Numbered from the stretch's first letter, positions 1 to 12,618 are shown. The stretch: DNA of 64,000 nt from Corallochytrium limacisporum Hawaii (GCA_002811645.1 PDIP01000108.1:31746-95745); one strand, 5' to 3'. Numbers and translations are program-made. The notes: generated from the letters alone by a model not told the origin.

Positions 1-1483
1 CCCGCTCTCCCAAGCGACGGCAGAGCTAAATCAAAAAGAGTAGATTTGATACAATATTCCCAGACAGAGGGTGGTACCACCACCCCGGGTCCTTTCTTCG
101 CGGCGGTTTATCTTCTCTCCCACCTCCCGCCTCCCCGCGCACACCAAGGACCGTAGTCGGACCTGCTACGTGCGACAACCAACAAACCGCCTAACCCCCC
201 AGGGCCGGCTTCGGGGTTTCCCTTTGTCTGGGGAGGACCCGGAATGTTGGTCGCAAGGTTTTCGGGATGTGCAGGCTGGCCCCAATCGCCATCATGCCAG
301 CGTCACACGGGATGTCTGCGCAGTGTGCGAGAATCAAACAATGGCACGAGTGGGTGCTCAGGTGGGGGCCCATGTGTTTGTGTCACTCTGGGTATGTGCC
401 TGTCCTGCTTTGGGGGATTGGATCGGTTACCAATCGGTGTATGCGATCAGTAGCCACCCACTCGGTGCGCGTACAGTTTTGATCAGTTCTGGTCTCTCTC
501 TCTCTTTTGCTCTCCCACTCTCCCCTTGGGTATTGGGCAAAAAGAAAAGACCAAGAAAGTAAAAGAGGTGTCCAGCTTCAGGAATTTTTGGTTGTCCCAG
601 AATTCCCCGCCTTGCGCCTTTGATTTGTAACGGCAACCACTTGTCGACGGCATCCGGTCCAAGGGTGGGAGGGGGAAGAGACAAAATGGAGAGGAAACAT
701 TTCTTTTTGGTTACATATTTTTGGGTGTTGTTTTTTGTTGCTACCTCAGTTATGCGTAAGAAAGGCTTGGGGATAGCATTTTTTCAGTGAGTGAGAGGGA
801 GAAGAAATATTTTTTCTACTTTCATGGGAGTGGAACGGGTTGGAACACCCCACGCGGATACACACCCCTGAACCCTATTATTATTTGATATACTTGAGGA
901 CAACGTTCTCCAAAGGAAATATGAATACATTCACTATAGAACCGCTGGCGTTACCTTTCGCCCCGCGTTGAAGGGGGAGGGGATTTTTGTTGATTGGACA
1001 CACGCCAAACAGTTCAGTTAATCTTGCCATGTCCATCAGATGGCAAGAATTTTTTCTCCATTTGGTGCTATTATCTACCCCAACACACGCAAAACTCTAG
1101 CCAATTATGTAGAAGTCTCCGCCTTCGATTCAAGAGTTTGGAGATCAACGACAACATTTTTTTCATGGGTTATTGTTTTTGCCAATTCCTCAGTTTTTCT
1201 TTGTCTGCAAGACACCGATCCAATTCCCCGAAAGCTGATCCGAAACAGCAACATTCGCCAAGAGAAGTCCATAGTAAATGATAAGGATACGTAACGCTCC
1301 CCAACTGCGAAAGCGCGGTGGGATCGGGAAAAAAACTAAAAACATGAAAACCGTTGGCCAAAAAATTGGCAGATGTCATATATTAGGAAGACCACCACCC
1401 GACATTTTTGGCCGAGCGATGTGACAAAGAGCAAACGGGGGCAGGGAGGGGCACCACCACCGTACCGTTCGCCCCCCATCCCT

Positions 1484-1512
1484 CCCCCAACCCCAACCCC
1501 AACCCCCTCCCC
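1484..1512 (-). repeat. (TTGGGG)-type G-run repeat, potential G-quadruplex
   Basis: + strand CCCCCAACCCCAACCCCAACCCCCTCCCC gives five runs of 4-5 G on the - strand with 1-2 nt loops. Confidence 0.7.
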
Positions 1513-2791
1513 TGCCGTACCCCAGAGCATGACCGATGTGTTCTCTCTACACCTGGGGCACCATGTTGCCGGGCCCCTCTTTCGGGTCGTGTGAGGTACC
1601 GATTTGAAGGGATATAACGCAATGGACGCCAACGTACCATACATTTAATATATTTATGTGCTGAAATCATGACACGAGAGGTATGTATATCATTGTGTCG
1701 CATTGGCAGGGCGATGGGATTAGAAAACCACCGGTGATAGAATCATTTCGCCATCGGGGATCAGGGTCCCCCCCGGGGGGGGGGACGATGACACTAAGAA
1801 TTTAGTGCGAGGGAGCAAGACACATCCAACACATAAATATAAATTCTATACAAACCTGGGCCCCTGGTTGTTTTTTGTGGGTGGGGGGGGGGGGAGAGGA
1901 GAGGGGAAGAGGGAGGAGGAGGAGGTTGTAGGGAGACAAGCGAAATGAGAAACAAAAAGTAAAAAAAACAAGGAAATATCACCACCCCTCCTCCTCCCAT
2001 CCTTCTGAATTTTATATATGGCGCCGGGCGCTGTAGTGAATTCGCCCGCAAGAATTCAATACAAACAAGGAGGTGAGGAGGGATGATTTTACGGTCGAAC
2101 AGCGGGCAATCACTCTTGAAGATTTGGTTTTGTAAAGGTCGATTATCCCCTACCACTACAACCATTCTTCGAAAACTCTTGGGTTGTGTTTTTTTTCTTC
2201 AACCACCACCCACGCACGCAATCTTCCGTATCCGCGTTCCTTCCAGGGCACTGGTTTCCTACTATGCCTGTACTACTACCCGTTCGGATTGAGTGAACCT
2301 TGGTACAAAACGTCAAGATAAGCCCGACCGAAGGCCTCCTTTGTGCCGATGGTGTGCGTGCGTGTGTGTGTGTGTGTGTGCATACTCCCACTACCTCTGA
2401 TTTTGTGGTCCTTGGCCCAGTTTCTGTACTGTTCTGTCAGCACCTGTGGACGGGTGGTTGGAGGACGTAAGGGTCTGTTTGTGGCAGCTGTGGGGATGAT
2501 GTGCAGCAGTGGATATAGCAGCGCCTCTGCCCTTCCCCTTTTCTTTCTCCCTTGGGGGCTGTTTTCCTTCTCTCTCTCTTACGTTTCCTTTTTGTTTTTG
2601 GGTCCCTCTGGTGCAACCACCCCAACGCAACCCCAACCCCCAACCCCACCCCAAGTCTTCCCCGCCGCACCAGAATCGTTTTTCGCCCACTCTTCCCCTC
2701 GCGTCCCATTCGGGGGATCGATGAACGAGTTTTTAACTATTTTTTTGCACCTCATTCGAACTATTTTGTCCCCCCCCCTCCGCCTTCTCCC

Positions 2792-3093
2792 NNNNNNNNN
2801 NNNNNNNNNNNNNNNNNNNNNNNNNNNNNNNNNNNNNNNNNNNNNNNNNNNNNNNNNNNNNNNNNNNNNNNNNNNNNNNNNNNNNNNNNNNNNNNNNNNN
2901 NNNNNNNNNNNNNNNNNNNNNNNNNNNNNNNNNNNNNNNNNNNNNNNNNNNNNNNNNNNNNNNNNNNNNNNNNNNNNNNNNNNNNNNNNNNNNNNNNNNN
3001 NNNNNNNNNNNNNNNNNNNNNNNNNNNNNNNNNNNNNNNNNNNNNNNNNNNNNNNNNNNNNNNNNNNNNNNNNNNNNNNNNNNNNNNNNNNNN
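2792..3093. other. Assembly gap (N run)
   Basis: Run of N flanked by a C-rich tract and a (CT)n microsatellite. Confidence 0.99.

Positions 3094-3132
<39 letters not shown>
3094..3132. repeat. (CT)n microsatellite
   Basis: Direct reading; abuts the gap. Confidence 0.95.
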
Positions 3133-3137
<5 letters not shown>

Positions 3138-3968
3138 CTCATTTTTTTCATTCTTTCGTCCCCTCTCGCCGTGTTCCTTTTTTCCGTTTTTTTTTCTTCT
3201 TTTTCTTGTTCGATTTCGTTCTTCTGCACCGGGCTTTCGCACTGAATGTACCGGTAACGCCGAAGCAGAGGTGAGGCCCGGGGAAAGGGAGGGGGCGGCA
3301 CAGGCACCGCGGAAAAAGAGAGGGGGGGGAGGTGGGGATCGGACCTCTCACCTGCGGTGTGGATAAGCAGTCCAAACGAAGTGAAGGGCAACAGTGCCGT
3401 CTGGGAGTGCAGGAAAAAAAACTTTTCGACTGGTTGACTTGTTTGTGTCGTTTACACGACTTTGTTTTGGGAGGACGAGTTATAAACATGTGCCAGTTTC
3501 GAACGCCTACTAACGAATAATTATGTAAGAAACGAATGGGAAGTAGTGAACCAAACACAACGCAATTAAAGTGCCAACAAAAGGTGTTTCTGAATCCTGT
3601 TATCAGCAAGTTGCGCAGCATTTTGACGTTTGGCAAGCTATTCTATACATCAACACGGATAGATACGCCAACCTCTCGAATTGCGACGACGCCGAGGACG
3701 GTGTAGTATTTAATTGCACGTTATCCCAAATTTGTGTGTTTTGACCTGACGAAGTGTGTTCGGAAATCATACTTTGTCCCATTCTAGCAAACCCTGTTTT
3801 CGGGCAAAGTATAGGCTACGGGAAGTGATACAGTGTGCCGATTTTACGGAAAGAACAGAAACACGGGCACGGGTGTCGTGAAACAAGAATCTTTCAGCGG
3901 CCATTGTAGCAAACGGTACCTTAGCGTTACACAGGCAGTAAGGCAGACAAATCAAACACAGAACAACA

Positions 3969-5036
3969 ATGGCTAGTCAGCAGCCCCCCCAGGGAAACCA
4001 AGTGGTTTTCGATCCGACACAGGCCAGTCGCCAGGAGATGACTGTCGGTGGCAAGTACAAGATCATTCGTCGTATCGGAGGAGGTTCCTTTGGTGAAATT
4101 TACCAGGGACAGAACCTGCAGACCGGTGTCGATGTTGCCATCAAACTAGAAAGTTGCAAGGCACGGCATCCCCAGTTGCTCTACGAATCTAAGCTTTACA
4201 AAATTCTACAGGGTGGTGTCGGGTTCCCCACTCTGCACTGGTTTGGTCAGGAAGGTGACTACAATGTGATGGTGATCGACCTGTTGGGACCTTCTCTGGA
4301 GGACCTATTGAACTTCTGCAACCGTAAATTTAGTGCAAAGACTGTTCTCATGCTAGCAGACCAGCTCATTTCCCGCGTCGAGTATGTTCACTCAAAGCAT
4401 TTTATTCACCGTGATATTAAGCCAGACAATTTTTTGATGGGAGTGGGACGCAAGTGTAACATTGTCTACATGATTGATTTCGGTTTGGCCAAGAAATACC
4501 GTGACCCCCGCACGCGTCAGCACATTTTGTACCGTGAAGACAAGGCCTTGACCGGTACTGCCCGCTACGCTTCCATCAACGCACACATTGGTATTGAACA
4601 GAGTCGTCGTGATGACATGGAAAGCATTGGATACATGCTCATGTATTTCAATCGTGGCCAGCTGCCCTGGCAAGGACTCAAGGCCGTAACCAAGAAGCAA
4701 AAGTATGAACGCATCTCTGAGAAGAAGCTGAGTACGCCGATTGAAACTCTTTGCAAGAACTACCCTGCTGAATTTGCATCTTATCTGCACTACTGTCGCT
4801 CTCTGCGGTTCGATGAACAACCAGATTACGCATTCCTGCGAAAGATTTTCCGTGAAGTGTTCCAACGGGCCAACTTCCAGTTCGACTACGTCTACGATTG
4901 GACCATCCTCAAGCAGGAAAAGCAGCACATGATGCAGATGCAAATGCAGTCGCGCCAACAGGGAGATGCAAATGCACAAAAACAACAACAGCAGCAACAG
5001 AGTGGCGGCAAAGGAGGTGTTATGGCGGTGGATTAA
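3969..5036 (+). CDS. CSNK1A1: Casein kinase I, alpha-like
   Basis: [53 protein letters not shown]; GVGRKCN and YDWTILKQ resemble the alpha isoform; Gln-rich tail. Confidence 0.95.
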   Translation: MASQQPPQGNQVVFDPTQASRQEMTVGGKYKIIRRIGGGSFGEIYQGQNLQTGVDVAIKLESCKARHPQLLYESKLYKILQGGVGFPTLHWFGQEGDYNVMVIDLLGPSLEDLLNFCNRKFSAKTVLMLADQLISRVEYVHSKHFIHRDIKPDNFLMGVGRKCNIVYMIDFGLAKKYRDPRTRQHILYREDKALTGTARYASINAHIGIEQSRRDDMESIGYMLMYFNRGQLPWQGLKAVTKKQKYERISEKKLSTPIETLCKNYPAEFASYLHYCRSLRFDEQPDYAFLRKIFREVFQRANFQFDYVYDWTILKQEKQHMMQMQMQSRQQGDANAQKQQQQQQSGGKGGVMAVD

Positions 5037-5488
5037 AGCAAGGCACGAATGGGAACATGGGTCACTTGTACAATAAGCAAAACCCAACACAAGGAACTCT
5101 GTTTACTTGTTTGTATGCCCGTCAAGCAACTCACAACACATCATAGCACCCACAGTGAGAGAACTAACCGCCGTCCTTCACAGCACATCAAGCTACAACT
5201 CGAGTCCCAAGGGTTTTCGATGAGCAGTTGTTACAAATCACCAGTTCCACCAAAAGAACCGACATGACACATCCATAGCAAATCCACACAACTTATGTCT
5301 ATCCTTCGCACGTGCTCGGCAGAGGATAGGGCTAGTGATCCTGACGAGTGTTGCCGTGAAGCACATCCGATTCAATTCAATACATATCTCCCTTTTCCTT
5401 TATCCGGCTTTAGTCCAGTAACGTAAAACAAAACTTATAGCGAAATATGCTAGAACTACATACGTTTTAGATGAATCTGTTATGTCGT

Positions 5489-6712
5489 TTAGAGCTTGTG
5501 GCTCTTGCGGCGCACTACATTGTCAATGGCCTTGGCAACATACTCCACATTCGAATCATTCAGTCCACACATGTTGATGCGTCCATTCTGGAGCAGGTAG
5601 ACGTGGAATTCGTTAATGAGAATCTGGCACTGCGTGTGGTCCAACCCGGTGAACGTGAACATGCCGATTTGCGAGGTGATGTGATCCCAAGTGCCCGGAG
5701 TTCCATGTGCTTTTAGATGGTCATAGAGAGTAGCACGCATACGCAAAACGCGTCCAGCCATCGTGTGAACATCCCGCTTCCACATGGCGTACAGTTCGGG
5801 GTCCTTGAGCACAGTCTTGACGATACGAGATCCATAGGCAGGCGGGTTGGAGTACATTGGCCGGATGGTGGCCTTCAGCTGGCTCAGGACACGGCTAGCA
5901 GCGTCCTTGGTGCCACAGACCACCGACAAAGTGCCACAGCGCTCGTTGTAGAGGCCCATGTTCTTCGCAAAGGACTGAGCCATGAGGAAATCAGACACGG
6001 AAGGAGCGAAAATCTCACGCACGAACGCCACGTCTTTGTCGAGATCACCCGAAGCGAATCCCTGGTATGCCATGTCAAAGAAGGGAAGGAAGTTGCGCTC
6101 GTTGCAGAGCTCGGCAATTTCACGCCACTGTGCCCGAGACGGATCCACACCGGTTGGGTTGTGTGCGCAGGCGTGCAGGAGCACAATTGATCCCTCCGGC
6201 GCCTTCCTCAAGTCCTGAATCATTCCCGCGAAGTCCAAACCACAGGTTTTGGGATTAAAGTAGCGGTACTTCGCTGTCTGCACTTCAGCCTTTTCAAAAA
6301 TCTTCCAGTGGTTGGCCCAAGTCGGGTTGGAAATGTACACGACCCTACCCGGCAGGAAAGTCTTCAGGAAGTGTGCGGCAACGCGGATAGATCCCGTACC
6401 ACTCAGAGTCTGCACGGCGGCTACGCGTTCTTGCGCAAGCAATTCGCTCTTCTCTCCCATCCAGACGCGGATCGCAGCCTGTACGAACTCCTCATCACCA
6501 CCGATGGGCAGATATTCGTGGTTATATTGTTGGTCCAGCACACGCCGTTCTGCTTCCCGCACAGTGGGCAGCACCCAGGGCTTACCTTCGTCGTCACGGT
6601 AAGCACCCACCGTCAGGTTGACCTTCTGCTCGAATTTATCTTCTTTGAACCGCCGAGCGAGGTCAAAGATGGCATCCGGAGGAGCCAGATCAACGTCAGC
6701 AAATACGCTCAT
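5489..6712 (-). CDS. GOT1: Aspartate aminotransferase, cytosolic type
   Basis: APPDAIF, VGAYRDD, QTLSGTGS, LHACAHNPTGVD, FFDMAYQGFASG, PLP-lysine motif SFAKNMGLY; no presequence; ATG at 6712 preferred over GTG at 6724. Confidence 0.95.
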   Translation of the reverse strand: MSVFADVDLAPPDAIFDLARRFKEDKFEQKVNLTVGAYRDDEGKPWVLPTVREAERRVLDQQYNHEYLPIGGDEEFVQAAIRVWMGEKSELLAQERVAAVQTLSGTGSIRVAAHFLKTFLPGRVVYISNPTWANHWKIFEKAEVQTAKYRYFNPKTCGLDFAGMIQDLRKAPEGSIVLLHACAHNPTGVDPSRAQWREIAELCNERNFLPFFDMAYQGFASGDLDKDVAFVREIFAPSVSDFLMAQSFAKNMGLYNERCGTLSVVCGTKDAASRVLSQLKATIRPMYSNPPAYGSRIVKTVLKDPELYAMWKRDVHTMAGRVLRMRATLYDHLKAHGTPGTWDHITSQIGMFTFTGLDHTQCQILINEFHVYLLQNGRINMCGLNDSNVEYVAKAIDNVVRRKSHKL

Positions 6713-7417
6713 GGTGCTACTCACAGGTGACAGAGCGTTATCTGAACTTGTCCGTTCTTTATCGATCTGTTGGGATTTAAGCTAGAATGGCATGGGTACA
6801 TTTTCTCGTAAGTACCTTGAACTATATTTCAGACTTCCTTGTCGGTAGTGTCTCTCGTGGCACATGTGCCTTTGAAGAAAATAGTCGACGCGGTCTTTTT
6901 TCTTACTTATCATCTTAGGCTCATCGAAAGTCTCCGTGCATCCTGGCCTCGAAACCCGGCGCAGATACCGACCACTTTTGCACCCAAAGCTATGTAAAAC
7001 TCCCCTCCCCGCCCGCCCTTGTGACGGCTAACCCCCCCCCTCTCCTCCTTCCTCGCTCTCGCACTGTCACACCCACGCAAACATACACAAGGGAAAATAA
7101 ATCCTGTCTCCCGTATCCCGACTTCTCCTCAGTAAAAACTATTTCTGACGATGGAGAAGTATGGCAACACGAAAATAGCGACTCTTTTGTCCAGGGGGCC
7201 TACCAACACCCAACGGATAGCGAAAAAAGACACGCCCAAAAAAACCCTACCCTCTTTTTTGTTTTATTTTCTCCTTGCATTTTCGTAATTACGGTTGCTT
7301 GTTTTAGCTGGGACCAATGACTGACACTGCTTTTGGGGACGGCGGCGCTAACTGCGAGAGATTTTTGGAAAGAGAAGTGTTTCTCGCCAACGGGCAGCCC
7401 GGCCCGGACCACAAGCA

Positions 7418-7466
7418 AACACACACGCATTAGTCACACACACGCATTAGTCACACACACGCATTA

Positions 7467-7504
<38 letters not shown>
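7418..7504. repeat. About three copies of a 17-nt unit CACACACACGCATTAGT followed by (CA)n
   Basis: Direct reading. Confidence 0.9.
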
Positions 7505-7505
<1 letters not shown>

Positions 7506-10448
7506 CGGTCCCGCGCGACGATATTGCAACCGCATGCGACAAAGCTTGCGATTTCGCTTGAGCAGTAATAAACCCGTTGCGGTGTCAGATATATATGCCG
7601 ATCCAACATTTGTTCCACCATCCGGTGATACATTCTCCGGGAAACTTGAAAATCACTGCACCGCTCTCCTCGCTCAACCATCACACCCTGGGGAACGGGT
7701 TGTTCAAGAGGTGCCACCGTTGAAAGTCCAGGAATGATTTGAATATACAGTCCTGCTGGATAATGCTGGTGCTGCGCTGGCTTCGGTTAAGCTTAGTTCC
7801 CCTTAACTCCCCCGATACATATACTTTTCAGCAGATCCCAGCAATTGTCCACCCATCACACACGCCCATTCGTACGAAATCACCAAGCCATTCGGAGCTG
7901 TACACTCCACTTTCGTTCCCATTTGGTACACAGTCTCTCACATGGGTTGCTGTGGATCGCTTTGTTTGTAATGAGCATACGGTTTGCAGATGATAGACAC
8001 CCACAGATGTTCAATCAATCCGCCTTTATAGCACCGCATGCCGACATTCGCAGCATGTATAGAAGGAGAATGGGATGCGGGTCCTAGGGAACTGTCGGTC
8101 GATGCCATGTGCATGTCCGCATCTGCCGCAATGAAGATGAAATTCTTTGCTGACATTAACTGCTCGATCAAAGCAGATCGAACTCGGTTACAAGCAGACC
8201 CGCAGGTGGAATAAGAACTCGGTTTGACTGGTCGGCCAGTTCGCAGCGAAACATATCCATATTGAATACATGTCCTGACATTCCAAATTTTCCAAATTTC
8301 GCAAATGTTAGTTGTAAGTCGAAAGGGCGGTGTGAGAGTTTTGTTGTCGTAGTAGCACGTCAACATTGCAGCAACGAAGGTGACACTCTCACACTTGGGT
8401 ATTTCCTTTGTCAACGTTAATGACATATATTCAATATTGGAATCGTATTCCCTGGGATCCTAGGGACCTCATTCTCCTGCCCAAAAGCGAACAACCATTC
8501 CATCTGGCGCACGGGGTCCCGAGTCATAGCGACACCAATCCAGAGACACAGAGACGGAGGGAGAGACAAGTAAGGAGAGAGGTGCGAGCGAAATGGAAAA
8601 TGGGCAGCAAGGGATAATTTGCAATGCAAGACCAATAAGAAATCGAAGCTTGGTCGCCGCTCCCGTTCTCGACATGGCGGGCGCCGCACCCCTTTGCTCT
8701 CCTTGTTGCCTCCTGTCCATCCCCACAGTCTGGCACCCCGGCGTTTATTTTTAGCAAGCCGGTCCCGGGTCCGCGCGGTCTCCATAGTGAATGTATTGAT
8801 GGCTTTGGGAACGACTCAGCTTCGGACATTCGGAGTCTATTAAATCGAGCGCGACTGCCCTCCCCAGGAGAGAGGAGATTACAGGCAAGAAACATGAAAT
8901 TGAATTTGCCTCGCGACCTCTGTACATTGTTATAGTGAATGTATCATCGCAATGCCTCTCAATGTGGGAAAATTGGGACACAGTATTTTCTTTTTTTTTT
9001 ACGCGTAAATTCATTTCATCGGTCCGGAGCCAGCACGGTAGTCTAAGCTCCCACCCCGAAGCCCCTGGCACAGATTCCCCCGAGCCCAAGGGCGAAGGGA
9101 AATTCGTCGAGGGTTAGGACCCCCTAGGGGGAGTAACAACGCAGATGCCAACTCGAGACGGAAAAAATAGACTCCTCATCCGCCCTGGGGTGTGTTCGGC
9201 AGTTAAACCGTACCCCTATTATTATCATTTTTTGAATTAGAAGGTGAGGAAGGCAAAACGGCAGGGGCTCGTGTGCCGGGAAAATGTGGCCCGGCGAAAG
9301 GGGACGGGGAGAGCTGGTTGGTAATGCCAGAGCGATTGGGCACGCAGCGACGAAGCCAACAAAACTACAGGCGGGTGTGTGTGCCTAAACCCCTTAGGTT
9401 GATGAGCTCTACCACCAAACCCCAACCCAACTTACTCGCTCTCTTCCCTCCGCCCGAGAGGGAGCACAAATGCCGCGGCGTTTTGGCCACTTTATCGCGC
9501 ATCCGTCTGTTATTTCTGGTTTAGGTCCCCTGTTACCTCCTCCATACACTGGGTTCAGCAGGAAGGTCCCGTTCGCACCGCTTTCGGGCTGAGAGGGAAA
9601 CTAAGAAGGCATGCCATTGTCCGCCCCAAGCGCCAATGCCGTCGGCTTTTTTGGAGCACTGGGCTCGATGGCGGGACTGATCCACAAGAACTTCTGTTTT
9701 GGGGGCCGCTTCAGTTTGTGGTGACGTACGCCTGGTGCACGAGAGACCAGGGGAACCTGTGAAATGGATCGGGCTATCCGCAGCTCCCTGGGGGGGGGGG
9801 TTCCAGTGTGCATTCTCAGCGGGTTTATTTTTGGTAGGGTGTGTTGGCGTGCGTAGTGGGTGGGTGCACCCTAATACGCCCGTTCTTCGTTAGCTTCTCG
9901 GTGCCCGAATTTTCCTGTCTACGTGGTAGTACGCCTCAGCCTGATCTTCTTACAGCCATAGCTGGCGGCCATGGCACCATCATCTCTGCCATCTGCTTCT
10001 TCCCTGCGCTGTGTATTCCCATCTCACTCACATAAAGTGATGTGTACTCTCCAGTGGTGGTATACTCCTGTTGGTGGTCTAATCGACGACCCATCTGACG
10101 TGGACTCGATGTAAACTTCCTAATGTTCTTAGACTGAATTTGCAGGTAGGGACGGGACAGTGTTGTAACCAAGAAGGACTAGGGAACATTCAGCAGAATA
10201 TGCCGCGGTGGTTTCCTCTTTGGGACGCCCTTTCTCAGTTGTACAGTGTCCGCTGAGCAGTCATCTTCTGAATCCCTCAGAACAATTTCCAGGATATGGC
10301 CATGAGCCCTTGCATTGTAGCAACGAAGTAATGGTATTTAATCACGAAAACGCTGACCAAGTTAACAAAATACGTTCCATTCGAACACATAGCATTCCAA
10401 GCAACGATCGATAGTGCATCCGAGGTGTACAAGAGAACGGTGACCAAA

Positions 10449-11993
10449 ATGTCATTGTTTTCTACGTTTTTCGTCAGTCCGACTGTTCGGGCTTTACGGC
10501 ACGCAGGCGATGCGGTCCGGGAGCAAATGCGCATGGAGGGCGATGTCGACGGTCTGGCCGTGATTATTGGATCCGGTTTCGGTGGTCTGTGCGCTGCAAT
10601 TAAGTTTGAACAGCTCGGCGTTCCTTACGTTGTGCTGGAGAAAGAAGATGACTTGGGAGGTACGTGGTACAAGAACACGTATCCTGGTTGCCAGTGTGAT
10701 ATCCCTACCATGCTCTACTCTTACTCATTCGAACTAAATCCCGATTGGTCCGACAACTATGCCTACCAACCCCAGATCCTAGAGTACCTTCGCCACTGTG
10801 CAGACAAGTATAACATTCGCTCACACATTAAGTTCCACAAAGAAGTTACTGAGTGCAACTACGATCAGGAAAATTGCTTATGGAGCGTCAATTGCAAAGA
10901 TGGCAGCGAATACCGCGGCAAGTACTTGATCCGCGCAATGGGTGGGCTCGATGTGCCTTTCTTCCCTGACATTGCGGGTAAAGAATCCTTCCCCGGTGCA
11001 TCTTTCCACAGTGCCCATTGGGACCACAGTATCGACCTCAAAGGTAAGCGAGTCGCTGTTATCGGCAACGGTGCGTCTGCAGTGCAATTTGTACCCCGTA
11101 TCGCAAATGAGGTTGATCAGCTCTACGTCTACCAACGCACAAATCACTGGATAATGCCCCGTCCTGATGCCAAGATCCCGAAATTCCTGAACTTTGCCTG
11201 CCGCTGGATTCCCGGTCTGAACTTTACCCTTCGAACGCTTGTATACTGGTTGCAAGAGACGTTGTTCACGATTGTATTTACGCGTGATAGATTTACTGCA
11301 AAGGGCTATGCGAACCTCCTCCGATGGTTCATGCGCAAACAGCTTAAGCACGACCAGGACATGATCAAGAACCTGCAGCCCGTCTTTAGTCCAGGGTGCA
11401 AGCGTTTGCTGTTGACCAATGAGTACTATCCTACACTCATGCGGGACAATGTGGAACTGCTTGTAGACCGCATCGTAGCTATTGAGGGTAACACACTGAT
11501 CTCTGAGAAAGGCACCCGACGTGAGGCCGATGTGATGATCTATGCCACTGGATTCAAGCCGTTCAACGTCGGTTCGATGATCACAAATGGCCTGAATGGC
11601 AAGGAACTTGGCCGTGATGTGATGAAGGACCATCCCCGTAGTTTCCTGGGCGTCTCATTCCATGATTTCCCGAATTGTTTCACTCTGCTTGGACCCAACA
11701 CTGCGCTGGGACACAACTCTGTGGTGATAATGATCGAAGCACAGATGGAACATATCCTGGAAGTCATTGCAAATGCCGAACGTGCCAAAGTGAAGGAAGT
11801 GAACGTCAAGCGCGAAACTGTAGACCGATGGATGAAGACCATCGAAATCGAATTCCCGGGCAAAGTCTGGGCCACATGTGGCAGTTGGTACCTTGATGAG
11901 AAGGGTCACAACTACACCCTCTACCCTAAGCACACCTTCGAGTATATGTATGACTGTCAGGATACCAGCATAACCAACTTTGAGTGCAGATAG
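10449..11993 (+). CDS. Type I Baeyer-Villiger / flavin-containing monooxygenase
   Basis: Two Rossmann motifs (IIGSGFGG, VIGNGASA), GGTWYKNTYPGCQCD and BVMO fingerprint FPGASFHSAHWD; first ATG at 10449. Confidence 0.93.
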   Translation: MSLFSTFFVSPTVRALRHAGDAVREQMRMEGDVDGLAVIIGSGFGGLCAAIKFEQLGVPYVVLEKEDDLGGTWYKNTYPGCQCDIPTMLYSYSFELNPDWSDNYAYQPQILEYLRHCADKYNIRSHIKFHKEVTECNYDQENCLWSVNCKDGSEYRGKYLIRAMGGLDVPFFPDIAGKESFPGASFHSAHWDHSIDLKGKRVAVIGNGASAVQFVPRIANEVDQLYVYQRTNHWIMPRPDAKIPKFLNFACRWIPGLNFTLRTLVYWLQETLFTIVFTRDRFTAKGYANLLRWFMRKQLKHDQDMIKNLQPVFSPGCKRLLLTNEYYPTLMRDNVELLVDRIVAIEGNTLISEKGTRREADVMIYATGFKPFNVGSMITNGLNGKELGRDVMKDHPRSFLGVSFHDFPNCFTLLGPNTALGHNSVVIMIEAQMEHILEVIANAERAKVKEVNVKRETVDRWMKTIEIEFPGKVWATCGSWYLDEKGHNYTLYPKHTFEYMYDCQDTSITNFECR

Positions 11994-12618
11994 TTTTGAT
12001 CTGACCGTGCTTTCAATTGTTACGGAAGCATCGTCAGAGGCGGTCTGTTCACCATCTTTCAAAATGAGATCCCTCTTGCTCTGACGGAGCCCAACATCCT
12101 TAACATGTCTATATCATTACATTTCAAGCTTCTGGCCTTTCTTCCGTTCACTAAGTCAACATTCTAGACAGTTTCCAAGTGGGACTGCCATCTGGGGAGC
12201 CAGTAAGACGGTCTTTCAAACACGAGTCCCACACTTCTCAGTGTGACCCACCTTCACACTGCCTCCTCCCTCCCCACCCCTGGGGGCGCCGGTCACGGGG
12301 GGCTAGTTGGGGGTGGAGGGGAGGAAGGTTTTGGGACCTGGTGGTGATCGTGGCCCTCTGGGGAGGCCTTGGCCTGCCCTCCCCCTCCCAGCCCTCTGAC
12401 CCGCGTGGCTAAAGACGGGACTTGTTCGAGTGGGACTGTACAATATGAGAAAAGGCGAATTTACAACTGTAGTTCTGCGCAAATCAAGGGCATTCGCGGA
12501 AATTGTATTCGTATTTCATGATCACCAGCAAACCTACATGATAATGAAAGTATCACATTGACCAATCACTTTGAACGGGTTTCCTTTCCACGGAACAGAA
12601 TCTTCGCGTAGCATAGCC

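Noticed and set aside
2023-2057. GCCGGGCGCTGTAGT resembling the SRP RNA 5' end
   Set aside because: No helix-8 motif or long SRP stem downstream
2343-3391. Long ORFs spanning the N gap (also at 21322-21794 and 54488-55094)
   Set aside because: Open only because N runs and microsatellites contain no stop codons
4392-5090. Antisense ORFs over CK1 (similarly 10878-11633 over BVMO and 35057-35701 over LTO1)
   Set aside because: Overlap confident genes on the opposite strand and have no domain signatures
5290-5370. Hairpin CTATCCT/AGGATAG with nearby CTGACGA and a minus-strand ACA (hammerhead or H/ACA candidate)
   Set aside because: No correctly placed GAAA for a hammerhead, and the hairpin is too short for an H/ACA pocket
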